From positions 2,702,030 through 2,726,029 of the forward strand of contig NZ_CP011971.1 in assembly GCF_001579945.1 (NCBI RefSeq): 24,000 nucleotides of DNA, read 5' to 3'. Made by a program: the position numbers and the translations under genes. The notes below the pieces were generated by a model that saw only the letters and a program-made list of their open reading frames with translations, did no database searches and was not told where the DNA came from. This stretch comes from Steroidobacter denitrificans. GTDB taxonomy: Bacteria; Pseudomonadota; Gammaproteobacteria; Steroidobacterales; Steroidobacteraceae. Position 1 is the first letter of the stretch; every line of letters starts with the position of its first letter. Of the stretch, positions 10,916 through 18,435 are shown piece by piece.

Positions 10916-12376
10916 ATGATGAGCTTGCGCATCTGTTTCATCGCCTCCGAAGTCGCACCGCTGGCAAAATCCGGCGGGCTGGCGGACGTCGCCAGCGCAC
11001 TGCCGCGCGCCCTGCATGAACAAGGCTGCGATGTGCGCGTATTCATGCCCCTGTATGCCGGCATGAGCAGTGTGGGGTTGACTCTGCAGCCGCTTTCCCA
11101 GGCTCGCGCCATCGAATTGCATCTGGGCGCGCAGCGCTACGAAGTAGCGCTGCTGCACACGCAGATCCCGGGATCCTCCGTGCCCCTGTATCTGGTGCAT
11201 TGTCCAGCAGCCTACGATCGTCCCACGCTGTACACCGGTGACGCCGATGAACATCTGCGCTTCTTGATCCTGCAGCACGCGGCTCTGCAAGGCTGTCAGC
11301 GCCTGGGCTTCGCGCCGCAGATCGTTCATTGCAATGACTGGCATACGGCGCTGATGCCCTCGATGCTCCGGTCGCTGTACGCCTGGGATCGGTTGTTCGC
11401 CGATGCGCGCTCGCTCCTGTCGATCCACAATATCGGCTATCAGGGTAATTTTCCGGCCGCGACGATCGCCGACGTCGGCGGCGATATCGGTGTCCAGCCC
11501 GGCACGCTTGCCGACGGCACATTCAACTGGTTGCGCGAAGGCGTCCTGCACGCCGATGCGGTCACCACGGTCAGCCCGACTTATGCCCGGGAAATATGCA
11601 CACCCATGGGTGCGCACGGGCTCGATGCGACCCTGCGCAGCCGCGCCGACGGCGTAACCGGCATACTCAACGGCGTCGACTACCAGGAATGGAACCCCGC
11701 CGCCGATCGCTACCTGAAGCACCATTACACGCCGCAGGACATGAGCGGCAAGGCCGCGACCAAACGCACCTTGCTGGATTGGTTCAATCTCGAGACGGGG
11801 GATGCACCGCTGCTGGGCATCGTTTCACGCCTCACCGTACAGAAGGGTTTCGACCTGTTGTTCGAGGTGCTGCCCGACATCCTGACTACACGGGATCTGG
11901 GCATCCTGGCGCTGGGCAGCGGCGATGCGCTCTATGAGACGTTTTTCACCGGCCTGCAGCAGCGCTTCCCGGAACGGGTCATGTTCCATTGCGGCTACAG
12001 CGATGAACTGGCGCATTTGATCGAAGCGGCCAGCGATATGTTCCTGATGCCCTCGATGTACGAACCCTGCGGCCTGAACCAGATGTACAGTCTGAAATAC
12101 GGCACCGTGCCGATCGTGCGGCGCACCGGCGGACTGGCCGATTCGGTGCAGGCGTGGGATCCGTCCACCCGTAGCGGCACGGGCATCGTATTCAATGACT
12201 TCGATGCCTCGGCGGTACGCTGGGCCCTGGGCACGGCGTTGGATCTCTACCAGGATCGCGACACCTGGAAACGACTGGTTCGCAACGGCATGGCGCAGGA
12301 TTTTTCCTGGCCGCGCCAAAGCCGGCAATACCTGGACCTTTATCGTCGTTTATTGGGCGCCCCGGTCCGGATCTGA
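10916..12376 (+). CDS. glgA: Glycogen synthase (ADP-glucose type)
   Basis: The track ORF starts at 10760. The conserved N-terminus MMSLRICFIASEVAPLAKSGGLADV (KSGGLADV motif) begins at ATG 10916. The C-terminal block is PSMYEPCGLNQMYSLKYGTVPIVRRTGGLADSV. Confidence 0.92.
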   Translation: MMSLRICFIASEVAPLAKSGGLADVASALPRALHEQGCDVRVFMPLYAGMSSVGLTLQPLSQARAIELHLGAQRYEVALLHTQIPGSSVPLYLVHCPAAYDRPTLYTGDADEHLRFLILQHAALQGCQRLGFAPQIVHCNDWHTALMPSMLRSLYAWDRLFADARSLLSIHNIGYQGNFPAATIADVGGDIGVQPGTLADGTFNWLREGVLHADAVTTVSPTYAREICTPMGAHGLDATLRSRADGVTGILNGVDYQEWNPAADRYLKHHYTPQDMSGKAATKRTLLDWFNLETGDAPLLGIVSRLTVQKGFDLLFEVLPDILTTRDLGILALGSGDALYETFFTGLQQRFPERVMFHCGYSDELAHLIEAASDMFLMPSMYEPCGLNQMYSLKYGTVPIVRRTGGLADSVQAWDPSTRSGTGIVFNDFDASAVRWALGTALDLYQDRDTWKRLVRNGMAQDFSWPRQSRQYLDLYRRLLGAPVRI

Positions 12377-12398
12377 TCCGGATCTCCGCGGCGCGGCA

Positions 12399-12905
12399 TC
12401 AACGTACCATCTGCAGGTTGACGATGCCGCTGCGCTGAAACGGGATTTTCCGGAGCAGTCCCAGATCGGTACGCACCGACCCTTCCAGTATGTAATTGAC
12501 CTGGTCGCGCCCGTTCAAGCGTGACAACAGCCGTCCCGCGCTGCTGACGAAATTCGTGCGCACCGTCATGTCGAATTCCGTAGCTCCCAAGGCCGGGACG
12601 ACAAAGGCATTGTGCGTGGAGCCTTCGGCGAAGCTGTCTCCTTCCAGGAACAATTTGTAGTCGATGGCCTTGATCGGCAACTGAAGATCGTTCGGGTTCT
12701 CCACGTTCAGACGCACCAGGAACTGCTGATTGAACAAATCCGCGGAGGTCATCGCAATACTGACGATGCTCAGGCGCGGCGTTTCGACCCTGGGGGCCAG
12801 CGCGCTGCAACCGGCCGTTCCCGCCGCCAGCACGATCAGCAGCGCAGCCATCCGGCCGGACGAGGAGAAGCTTCGAGACATGAAGGCAGCGAAAGACTTG
12901 AGCAT
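12399..12905 (-). CDS. LEA_2 / WHy-domain lipoprotein
   Basis: Signal peptide with lipobox LAAGTAGC, followed by LVRLNVENPNDLQLPIKAIDYKLFLEGDSFAEG, which is typical of LEA type-2 (water-stress/hypersensitive-response) domains. The start could instead be an internal Met (MSRSF or MAALL). Confidence 0.7.
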   Translation of the reverse strand: MLKSFAAFMSRSFSSSGRMAALLIVLAAGTAGCSALAPRVETPRLSIVSIAMTSADLFNQQFLVRLNVENPNDLQLPIKAIDYKLFLEGDSFAEGSTHNAFVVPALGATEFDMTVRTNFVSSAGRLLSRLNGRDQVNYILEGSVRTDLGLLRKIPFQRSGIVNLQMVR

Positions 12906-13040
12906 AGAGACTCCAAAAACTGGGGACTGGACACTGGGGCAGGTAACAGGGAACCGGAATCGCAGACCTGCATGGCTTGCCGCCCTGACGGATCGTTCGC
13001 CTGAACGTTCGATCGCAGGTTCAAGTGCGCAAAAACCGGA

Positions 13041-14360
13041 TTATCCGCGTTTCAGGCTGGACAACATGCTGCGGGTCACCAAGGTCACGCCTGCCTCGGT
13101 GATATAGAAGCGCCGCGCATCCTCTGCCGGATCGACGCCGATACGAGTGCCGGCCGGCACCACCGAACCGGTGTCGATGATCGCTCTCTTGATCGTACAG
13201 CCCGGCCTGATCAACACGTCCGGAAAAACGACGGCGCGCTCTATATAGCTGCGCTCATCGATACGCACATTGGAAAACAGCAGCGACTGATTCACATGCG
13301 CGCCGGAAATGATGCAGCCGCCGGATACCATGGAATTGACGGCCATGCCGCGCCGGCCCTGTTCATCGAGCACGAATTTGGCCGGTGGATACTGGCGCTG
13401 ATAGGTCCAGATCGGCCATTTCTCATCGTATATATTGAGTTCAGGATCGACGTGCACCAGTTCCATGTTCGCATCGTAGAACGCATCCACCGTGCCTACG
13501 TCGCGCCAATAGCGCTGCACCCGGGTATGCACATCGGTGAACGGGTAGGCATACACCTTCAGCCTGTCGAGCGCCTCGGGAATGATATTGCGTCCGAAAT
13601 CGTGCGAGGTACCCGGGCGATTCGCCTGCTCTTCCAGCAGCCGGTACAGCAGGTTGGCCTTGAATACATAGATGCCCATGGAGCCCAATGCGAATTGTTC
13701 GCGGCCCGGAACGCCCTCGGGTTCGCGGGGCTTCTCGGAAAATTTCGTGATACGGTATTCCGTATCGACGCTCATGACGCCGAAGGCCGTCGCCTGCTCG
13801 CGCGGCACCTCCACGACACCGACGGTGATATCCGCCTTTTTCTCCACGTGCTTGGCCAGCATTGGACCATAGTCCATCTTGTAGATGTGATCGCCGGCCA
13901 GCACCAGGATATGACGCGGATGATGCAGTTTGAGAATCTCCAGGTTCTGATAGAGCGAATCGGCGGTTCCGCGATACCACATCTCCCCCATCTGCTGCTG
14001 CGCCGGAATCACCTCGACGAACTCGCCGAGTTCGCCGCGCAGGTAACTCCAGCCGCGCTGGATATGTTGGATCAGGGAGTGCGCCTTGTACTGGGTCATC
14101 ACCGAGATGCGGCGAATACCGGAATTGACGCAATTCGACAGCACAAAATCGATGATGCGGAACTTGCCGCCGAAGGGAGTGGCCGGTTTGCAGCGAAAAT
14201 CCGTCAGATGCTTCAGGCGCTCGCCGCGCCCGCCCGCCATGACGACCGCCATGGTATGGCGCGTGATGCGGCTGACATATCGTCGAAACTCCATTTGCCG
14301 GCGCACAGGCCGCTCGTCCTGGAATCCGCTTGTCGCTGTCGGCGCTGTATTCTGCTTCAT
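13041..14360 (-). CDS. glgC: Glucose-1-phosphate adenylyltransferase
   Basis: AVVMAGGRGERLKHLT Gly-rich loop, FGVMSVD, FSEKP, and a C-terminal left-handed beta-helix region. The start is ambiguous and none of the candidates has a good SD. The track uses TTG 14435; ATG candidates are 14423, 14360 (chosen, 440 aa) and 14294. Confidence 0.9.
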   Translation of the reverse strand: MKQNTAPTATSGFQDERPVRRQMEFRRYVSRITRHTMAVVMAGGRGERLKHLTDFRCKPATPFGGKFRIIDFVLSNCVNSGIRRISVMTQYKAHSLIQHIQRGWSYLRGELGEFVEVIPAQQQMGEMWYRGTADSLYQNLEILKLHHPRHILVLAGDHIYKMDYGPMLAKHVEKKADITVGVVEVPREQATAFGVMSVDTEYRITKFSEKPREPEGVPGREQFALGSMGIYVFKANLLYRLLEEQANRPGTSHDFGRNIIPEALDRLKVYAYPFTDVHTRVQRYWRDVGTVDAFYDANMELVHVDPELNIYDEKWPIWTYQRQYPPAKFVLDEQGRRGMAVNSMVSGGCIISGAHVNQSLLFSNVRIDERSYIERAVVFPDVLIRPGCTIKRAIIDTGSVVPAGTRIGVDPAEDARRFYITEAGVTLVTRSMLSSLKRG

Positions 14361-14503
14361 GTCTGGACGCTCTGGCGCCATGTGCGATCGGCTCGGTGCG
14401 GCCCGGTGGGTCTCGACACGCATGTTAGCCGACAATGGCCTGACTGCCGACCGTGTTGGCGCAACTCATTCCGCACGGCCCATTCTGCCCATGCCGCAGC
14501 TAT

Positions 14504-14545
14504 TCCTGCCATCCTGGTCATGCCATCCTGATCATGCCATTCTGA
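14504..14545. repeat. Three tandem 14-bp units in the glgC / DUF192-gene divergent promoter region
   Basis: The units are tcctgccatcctgg (14504-14517), tcatgccatcctga (14518-14531) and tcatgccattctga (14532-14545). A related ccattctgcccatgcc lies at about 14479-14494. Confidence 0.6.
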
Positions 14546-14566
14546 CGGGCCGGGTCGAGATGATAG

Positions 14567-15796
14567 ATGATGATGCCTCCACGACACCTGATGTCCTGCT
14601 GTCTGTTGGCGATGAACCTGCACACGGTCAGTGCGGGTGCCGCCGACCCAGCCGGGGATGCCGTCCTGAAGCCGGCGGCTGCCGATTCGGTCACGAAAAC
14701 CTATCCGCCGGCCCCGCGGCCGGCTCATGAATCCGAGCCCTTGGCAGATCAGACGCCGCGATGCCTGGCGCAGGGCGACGGTTACCTGCGGGCCCGCATC
14801 GCCGGCTCGATCCAGGGCGAATTGGACTGGGGCAACGAAGGCACGCACTGTACCGGCACGATACGTCCTGCCGGCCAAGGCATCCGGATACACTTCAGCC
14901 GCTCGGAGGCCGCAGCCGACGACATCGAGGCACACGGCGCAGCCGAGGATGCGACCCGCCCGTCCGCTCGCCAGAGCAAGACCGACACCGGCCGCCCTGC
15001 CAATGTAGGCGCCGCGCACCGGCTCGTCCTGGTATTCGGCATTACCGGTCTGCGCGAAGGGCAGTCCGCAAAGGCCCAACCCGTCAATCTCACTGTGATC
15101 CGCGAAGGCCGTGGACAGTTCTACAGCACGCAGGGTGACGACAAGTGCCTGCTGGACGAAGTGATCCAGACGCCCATCATCGGCCTGCCGAGACGCTTGC
15201 GCAGCTATCGGATCGTCGCCCGCGGTTTCTGCACCGAGCCGGCGCGCGCAGTACGCGGTCCGGGAGCGATCCTGTTGTCCCGGTTCGATTTTGCCGGACA
15301 GGTGGACTTCGAGACACAAGACACGGAAGATGAATCCCACATGGCCATGAAGGTTCAGGGTACGGCTCAAGATGCCGGGAATCCTGACGCGCAGGCGCTG
15401 GACCGGTTCTTTCCCCGCGCCCACCTGCGGATCGCCACGCCCGATGCGCGGCTTCACGATTTCGATGTATGGCTGGCCGATAACGATGCGCGCCGTGCGC
15501 GGGGTTTCATGCATATCGAGCAACTCGATGCGAACGCCGGCATGCTGTTTCTATTTCCGCGGCAAGAACGCATCGCCATGTGGATGAAGAACACCCATGT
15601 ATCGCTGGACATGCTGTTCGTGCGCGCCGACGGGACGGTGGATCGTGTGGTCGAGCACACCAAGCCCCTGTCGCTCGAGACGATCGAGTCGATCGATCCG
15701 GTGGCGGCCGTGATCGAGCTCAAGGCCGGAACGGCCGCCCGCCTCGGAATCCGCAAGGGCGCACAAGTAATGCATCCGGCGTTCGGACGGCCCTGA
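14567..15796 (+). CDS. Secreted protein: about 280-aa N-terminal region of unknown function fused to a C-terminal DUF192 domain
   Basis: 409-aa ORF with a signal-like N-terminus (MSCCLLAMNLHTVSA|GA). The last ~124 aa match the DUF192 pattern (ADNDARRARGFMH...GMLFLFP...MWMKNTHVSLDMLFV...VIELKAG). No in-frame stop separates the two parts. Confidence 0.65.
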   Translation: MMMPPRHLMSCCLLAMNLHTVSAGAADPAGDAVLKPAAADSVTKTYPPAPRPAHESEPLADQTPRCLAQGDGYLRARIAGSIQGELDWGNEGTHCTGTIRPAGQGIRIHFSRSEAAADDIEAHGAAEDATRPSARQSKTDTGRPANVGAAHRLVLVFGITGLREGQSAKAQPVNLTVIREGRGQFYSTQGDDKCLLDEVIQTPIIGLPRRLRSYRIVARGFCTEPARAVRGPGAILLSRFDFAGQVDFETQDTEDESHMAMKVQGTAQDAGNPDAQALDRFFPRAHLRIATPDARLHDFDVWLADNDARRARGFMHIEQLDANAGMLFLFPRQERIAMWMKNTHVSLDMLFVRADGTVDRVVEHTKPLSLETIESIDPVAAVIELKAGTAARLGIRKGAQVMHPAFGRP

Positions 15797-15876
15797 TCCA
15801 CGGGCTAAGGAAGGGTTCCTCCGGAAGAATTTTCCCGGCCATCGAACAGGGGCTGCACGCATAAGGAAGGTGAATC

Positions 15877-16659
15877 ATGGATCGCTTCGACCTCGTCCAG
15901 TCGTTCATCGAACAATGCGAACGAGCCACACATACCGACGATCTGAAACTGGCCTTCCAGCACGCACTGGGGCGTCTGGGATTTCGCTACTTCGCCTGCG
16001 GTTTCCATGTCGATCCCCTGCATCCTCGCGATGCGATCATGATGCTCGATTATCCCCGCGCATGGGTCGCAATCTACAGCGAACAGCAGCTACATCGCAT
16101 CGATCCGGTATTCGTGCGTGCCGGCCGCACGGCGCTGCCCTTCTTTTGGGACAGCAGGGAATTCAGGATCGGCGTGCGGCCGCGTCAGCGCAAGATGCTG
16201 GCGGAGGCGCGCCGCTTCGGCATCGCGCACGGCTATACGATTCCGATTCATTCGCCGCGATCTCCGCTGCCGCTGCGCGCCTCCTGTTCCGTCATTCCCG
16301 ATACATCTTCGATTCATCGTCACAGCTATTTTGCCGTCCAGCTGATGGCCGGCCATCTGTTCGAGTGCGCCGCCCGCCTGAGAAACTTGAATCGCCCTGC
16401 CGTCGAAACGCCTCAACTGTCCCGGCGGCAACGGGAATGTCTGGAACTGGTTGGACAAGGAAAAAGCGACTGGGAAATCGCGATGATCCTGGGCATCAGC
16501 GCACATACGGTCCATACATATATCACCGCCGCGATGCGGCGGTTCCAGGTTTCGACACGCCAGCAGGCGCTGGTGTGTGCGCTTGCCTGGCATCAGATAT
16601 CGTTCGGCGATGTACTGCGCGCGCGGCCGGTCGCGGATGACGGCAGCGCCGAGGCATGA
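15877..16659 (+). CDS. LuxR-family acyl-homoserine-lactone-responsive transcriptional regulator
   Basis: Strong SD (AAGGAAGG, 6-nt spacer). The N-terminal autoinducer-binding domain carries the conserved W-x3-Y...DP...PFFW residues (YPRAWVAIYSEQQLHRIDPVF...LPFFWD). The C-terminal LuxR HTH is LSRRQRECLELVGQGKSDWEIAMILGISAHTVHTY. Confidence 0.9.
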   Translation: MDRFDLVQSFIEQCERATHTDDLKLAFQHALGRLGFRYFACGFHVDPLHPRDAIMMLDYPRAWVAIYSEQQLHRIDPVFVRAGRTALPFFWDSREFRIGVRPRQRKMLAEARRFGIAHGYTIPIHSPRSPLPLRASCSVIPDTSSIHRHSYFAVQLMAGHLFECAARLRNLNRPAVETPQLSRRQRECLELVGQGKSDWEIAMILGISAHTVHTYITAAMRRFQVSTRQQALVCALAWHQISFGDVLRARPVADDGSAEA

Positions 16660-16683
16660 AAACCGAAACACCCTCACGAGCGG

Positions 16684-16703
16684 ATACCCCTGATCAGGCG
16701 AAT
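16684..16703. promoter_or_regulatory. lux-box-like 20-bp dyad upstream of the LuxI gene
   Basis: In ATACCCCTGATCAGGCGAAT, 8 of 10 positions are dyad-symmetric, and the core CCTGATCAGG (16689-16698) is a perfect palindrome. The centre is 33 bp upstream of the centre of a -10-like CACAAT (16724-16729). That is the spacing expected for a box centred near -42.5. The luxI SD GGAGG is at 16747-16751. Confidence 0.4.
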
Positions 16704-16758
16704 TCACAAAAGAGTGCAAGCATCACAATCTTGCCCGGAGTGAATCGGAGGTCGAGGG

Positions 16759-17499
16759 ATGATCTTCATCGTCAATGCCGAGAATCGCCGTTTTCTCGAT
16801 TCTGCTCTGATGCAGATGTATCGTCATCGCAAAGCGGTGTTCGTCGACGAACTCGGCTGGAACATCCCGCACGCCGGCGGCCTGGAAATGGATCGTTACG
16901 ATCGTGAAGACACGATCTACCTGGTTGCCCGTCATCGCGGCGAGCGGCGGATTCAGGCCTCCGCGCGCCTACTGCCGACCCTGGGCCCGCATCTGATGAG
17001 CGACGTGTTCCCGCATACTCTCCACGGCGGCATACCACGCGGCGAGCGGATCTGGGAAGCCTCTCGTTTCTGTCCTGCACCGGACCTCGGCGGCCGGCGG
17101 CGCCGGCTGGCGCTTCTTTGGGAAGTCTTCTGCGGACTCATGGAAACCTCGCTGCTGTTCGGTATCGAGCGCATCGTCTTTCAGGCCGGCACCGCGCTTC
17201 TACCCCTGGCGCTGCGCTGCGGCTGGGATGCCGCCGTGCTCGGTCCGACCCTGCCCTGCGGCAATGATCGTGTCACAGCCGTCGGCGTCGATATCACCCT
17301 GCAAGGGCTGCGCTCCATGCGTGAACGTTTCGGCATTCCGTCCCCCGTCACACGCTTCGTGACACCCGCCGACGTCGCTGTATGCCTCGGCTGGCTGCGG
17401 CAACACGAGGCCGACATTCCCGTTCAATTACCGACGAGCGCCGGACAGGACGATGGCCGCCGTGCGCAGGAAGACTTCGTCCCGCCGCGCTCCACATGA
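16759..17499 (+). CDS. Acyl-homoserine-lactone synthase (LuxI family)
   Basis: Conserved LuxI residues and blocks are present: RHRKAVFVDELGW, EMDRYD, YLVA, ARLLPT, IWEASRF. At 246 aa it carries a ~40-aa C-terminal extension relative to typical ~200-210-aa LuxI proteins. Confidence 0.9.
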   Translation: MIFIVNAENRRFLDSALMQMYRHRKAVFVDELGWNIPHAGGLEMDRYDREDTIYLVARHRGERRIQASARLLPTLGPHLMSDVFPHTLHGGIPRGERIWEASRFCPAPDLGGRRRRLALLWEVFCGLMETSLLFGIERIVFQAGTALLPLALRCGWDAAVLGPTLPCGNDRVTAVGVDITLQGLRSMRERFGIPSPVTRFVTPADVAVCLGWLRQHEADIPVQLPTSAGQDDGRRAQEDFVPPRST

Positions 17500-17511
17500 T
17501 CGTACCCCGCG

Positions 17512-18435
17512 ATGTCACGCCGGCAACGACTGCATGTCCCGGGAGGGATCTATTGCGTTACTCAATTCGGCAGTGCCCGACAGCCCCTTTTTCCAGCGCC
17601 CGGCCATCACGGAATTTTCGAGCGCTGCTTCAGCGCCGCGCTCGAGCGCACCGGTACCCGCGCCATCGCCTATTGCTGCCTGCCATGCCGGATCCACCTG
17701 GTGCTGCAGGTCGGCACCGTACCGCTCGGACGCTTCCTGCAAGGCTATGCCGGTCCTTACGTGCGGACGATACATTCGCAGACCGGCGAATCCGGCCACC
17801 TGTTCGCCCGACGTTATCACGCCGTGCTCATCGATCCGCAAGGTTGGCTGCCGTCCATGATCCGTTATATCCATTATCTACCGGTAACGCTCGGCCTGGC
17901 GGCGGACCTGGGCGCCTATCCTTACAGCAGCCATTTCGATTATCTGGGCTGGCGAAACCGCGCCTGGTTGCACCAGCATATCGCGTTGCGGTCGATGGAA
18001 ATGCATGAAGATGCACGCGGAGATTACACGCGACTGATGCAGCGTCCACCCGCCGCGGGAGAGATCCGTCGGCTCCAGGCCGGTGAGGTGGATCCCCGCG
18101 TACTCGGCGACGGCAATTTCGTCGCTACGCTACCGCGCAGCGTGCGGATACCGCGATCCGCCATGTCGCTGGAGAAGATTACCCGCAACGTCACCCTCAT
18201 GCTCAACGTGAAGCACACCGAACTGTTTTCACGATCCAGGTTGCGCCGTCCGGCACTCGCACGCTCCGTCATCGCCTGGCATGCCATCGAACTGGGCGTC
18301 GCCCGCCTGAGCACCATCGCGAATTATCTCGGACGCGATCCGGCAACGATCACACTCGGCATCGCCCGTCATCGAGTGCGCCGCCCCGAGTTGTTCCGGC
18401 TGGATGCATTCCGTCATCTGGTGCCGCTGGGGTAA
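17512..18435 (+). CDS. Y1 (IS200/RAYT-like, COG1943-type) transposase-fold protein with C-terminal DnaA-C-like helix-turn-helix; probably domesticated
   Basis: The N-terminal ~150 aa align to the REP-associated tyrosine transposase pattern: RRQRLHVPGGIYCVTQFG, AYCCLPCRIHLVLQV, GHLFARRYHAVLID, RYIHYLPVTLGLAADLGAYPYSSH. The C-terminal ~90 aa (SRSRLRRPALARSVIAWHAIELGVARLSTIANYLGRDPATITLGIARH) resemble the DnaA domain-IV HTH. The gene starts 12 nt after the luxI stop. Confidence 0.7.
   Translation: MSRRQRLHVPGGIYCVTQFGSARQPLFPAPGHHGIFERCFSAALERTGTRAIAYCCLPCRIHLVLQVGTVPLGRFLQGYAGPYVRTIHSQTGESGHLFARRYHAVLIDPQGWLPSMIRYIHYLPVTLGLAADLGAYPYSSHFDYLGWRNRAWLHQHIALRSMEMHEDARGDYTRLMQRPPAAGEIRRLQAGEVDPRVLGDGNFVATLPRSVRIPRSAMSLEKITRNVTLMLNVKHTELFSRSRLRRPALARSVIAWHAIELGVARLSTIANYLGRDPATITLGIARHRVRRPELFRLDAFRHLVPLG

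Noticed and set aside
10628-11725. Minus-strand 365-aa ORF overlapping the glgA 5' half and its upstream region
   Set aside because: It overlaps glgA in antisense and has no motifs. The plus-strand extension of the glgA ORF back to 10760 is also rejected, in favour of the conserved N-terminus at 10916.
13296-14531. Plus-strand 411-aa ORF opposite glgC
   Set aside because: It is antisense to glgC, with low-complexity Arg/His/Ala composition.
14522-14541. CCTGATCA half-match to the lux-box core, inside the 14-bp tandem repeats
   Set aside because: Only the central 8 bp resemble the 16689-16698 palindrome. The 20-mer around it pairs at only 4 of 10 positions, so it is not a credible second LuxR site.
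14357-15523. Minus-strand 388-aa ORF opposite the DUF192 fusion ORF
   Set aside because: The plus frame carries a recognisable DUF192 domain and a signal peptide. The minus product is Arg/Gly-rich without motifs and would run through the glgC promoter region.
17512-18435. Calling the Y1-transposase-like gene an active IS200/IS605 or REP/RAYT mobile element
   Set aside because: There are no flanking palindromes, terminal structures or tnpB partner. The gene is packed tightly between neighbours and its HUH motif appears degenerate. It is therefore annotated as a CDS, not a mobile element.
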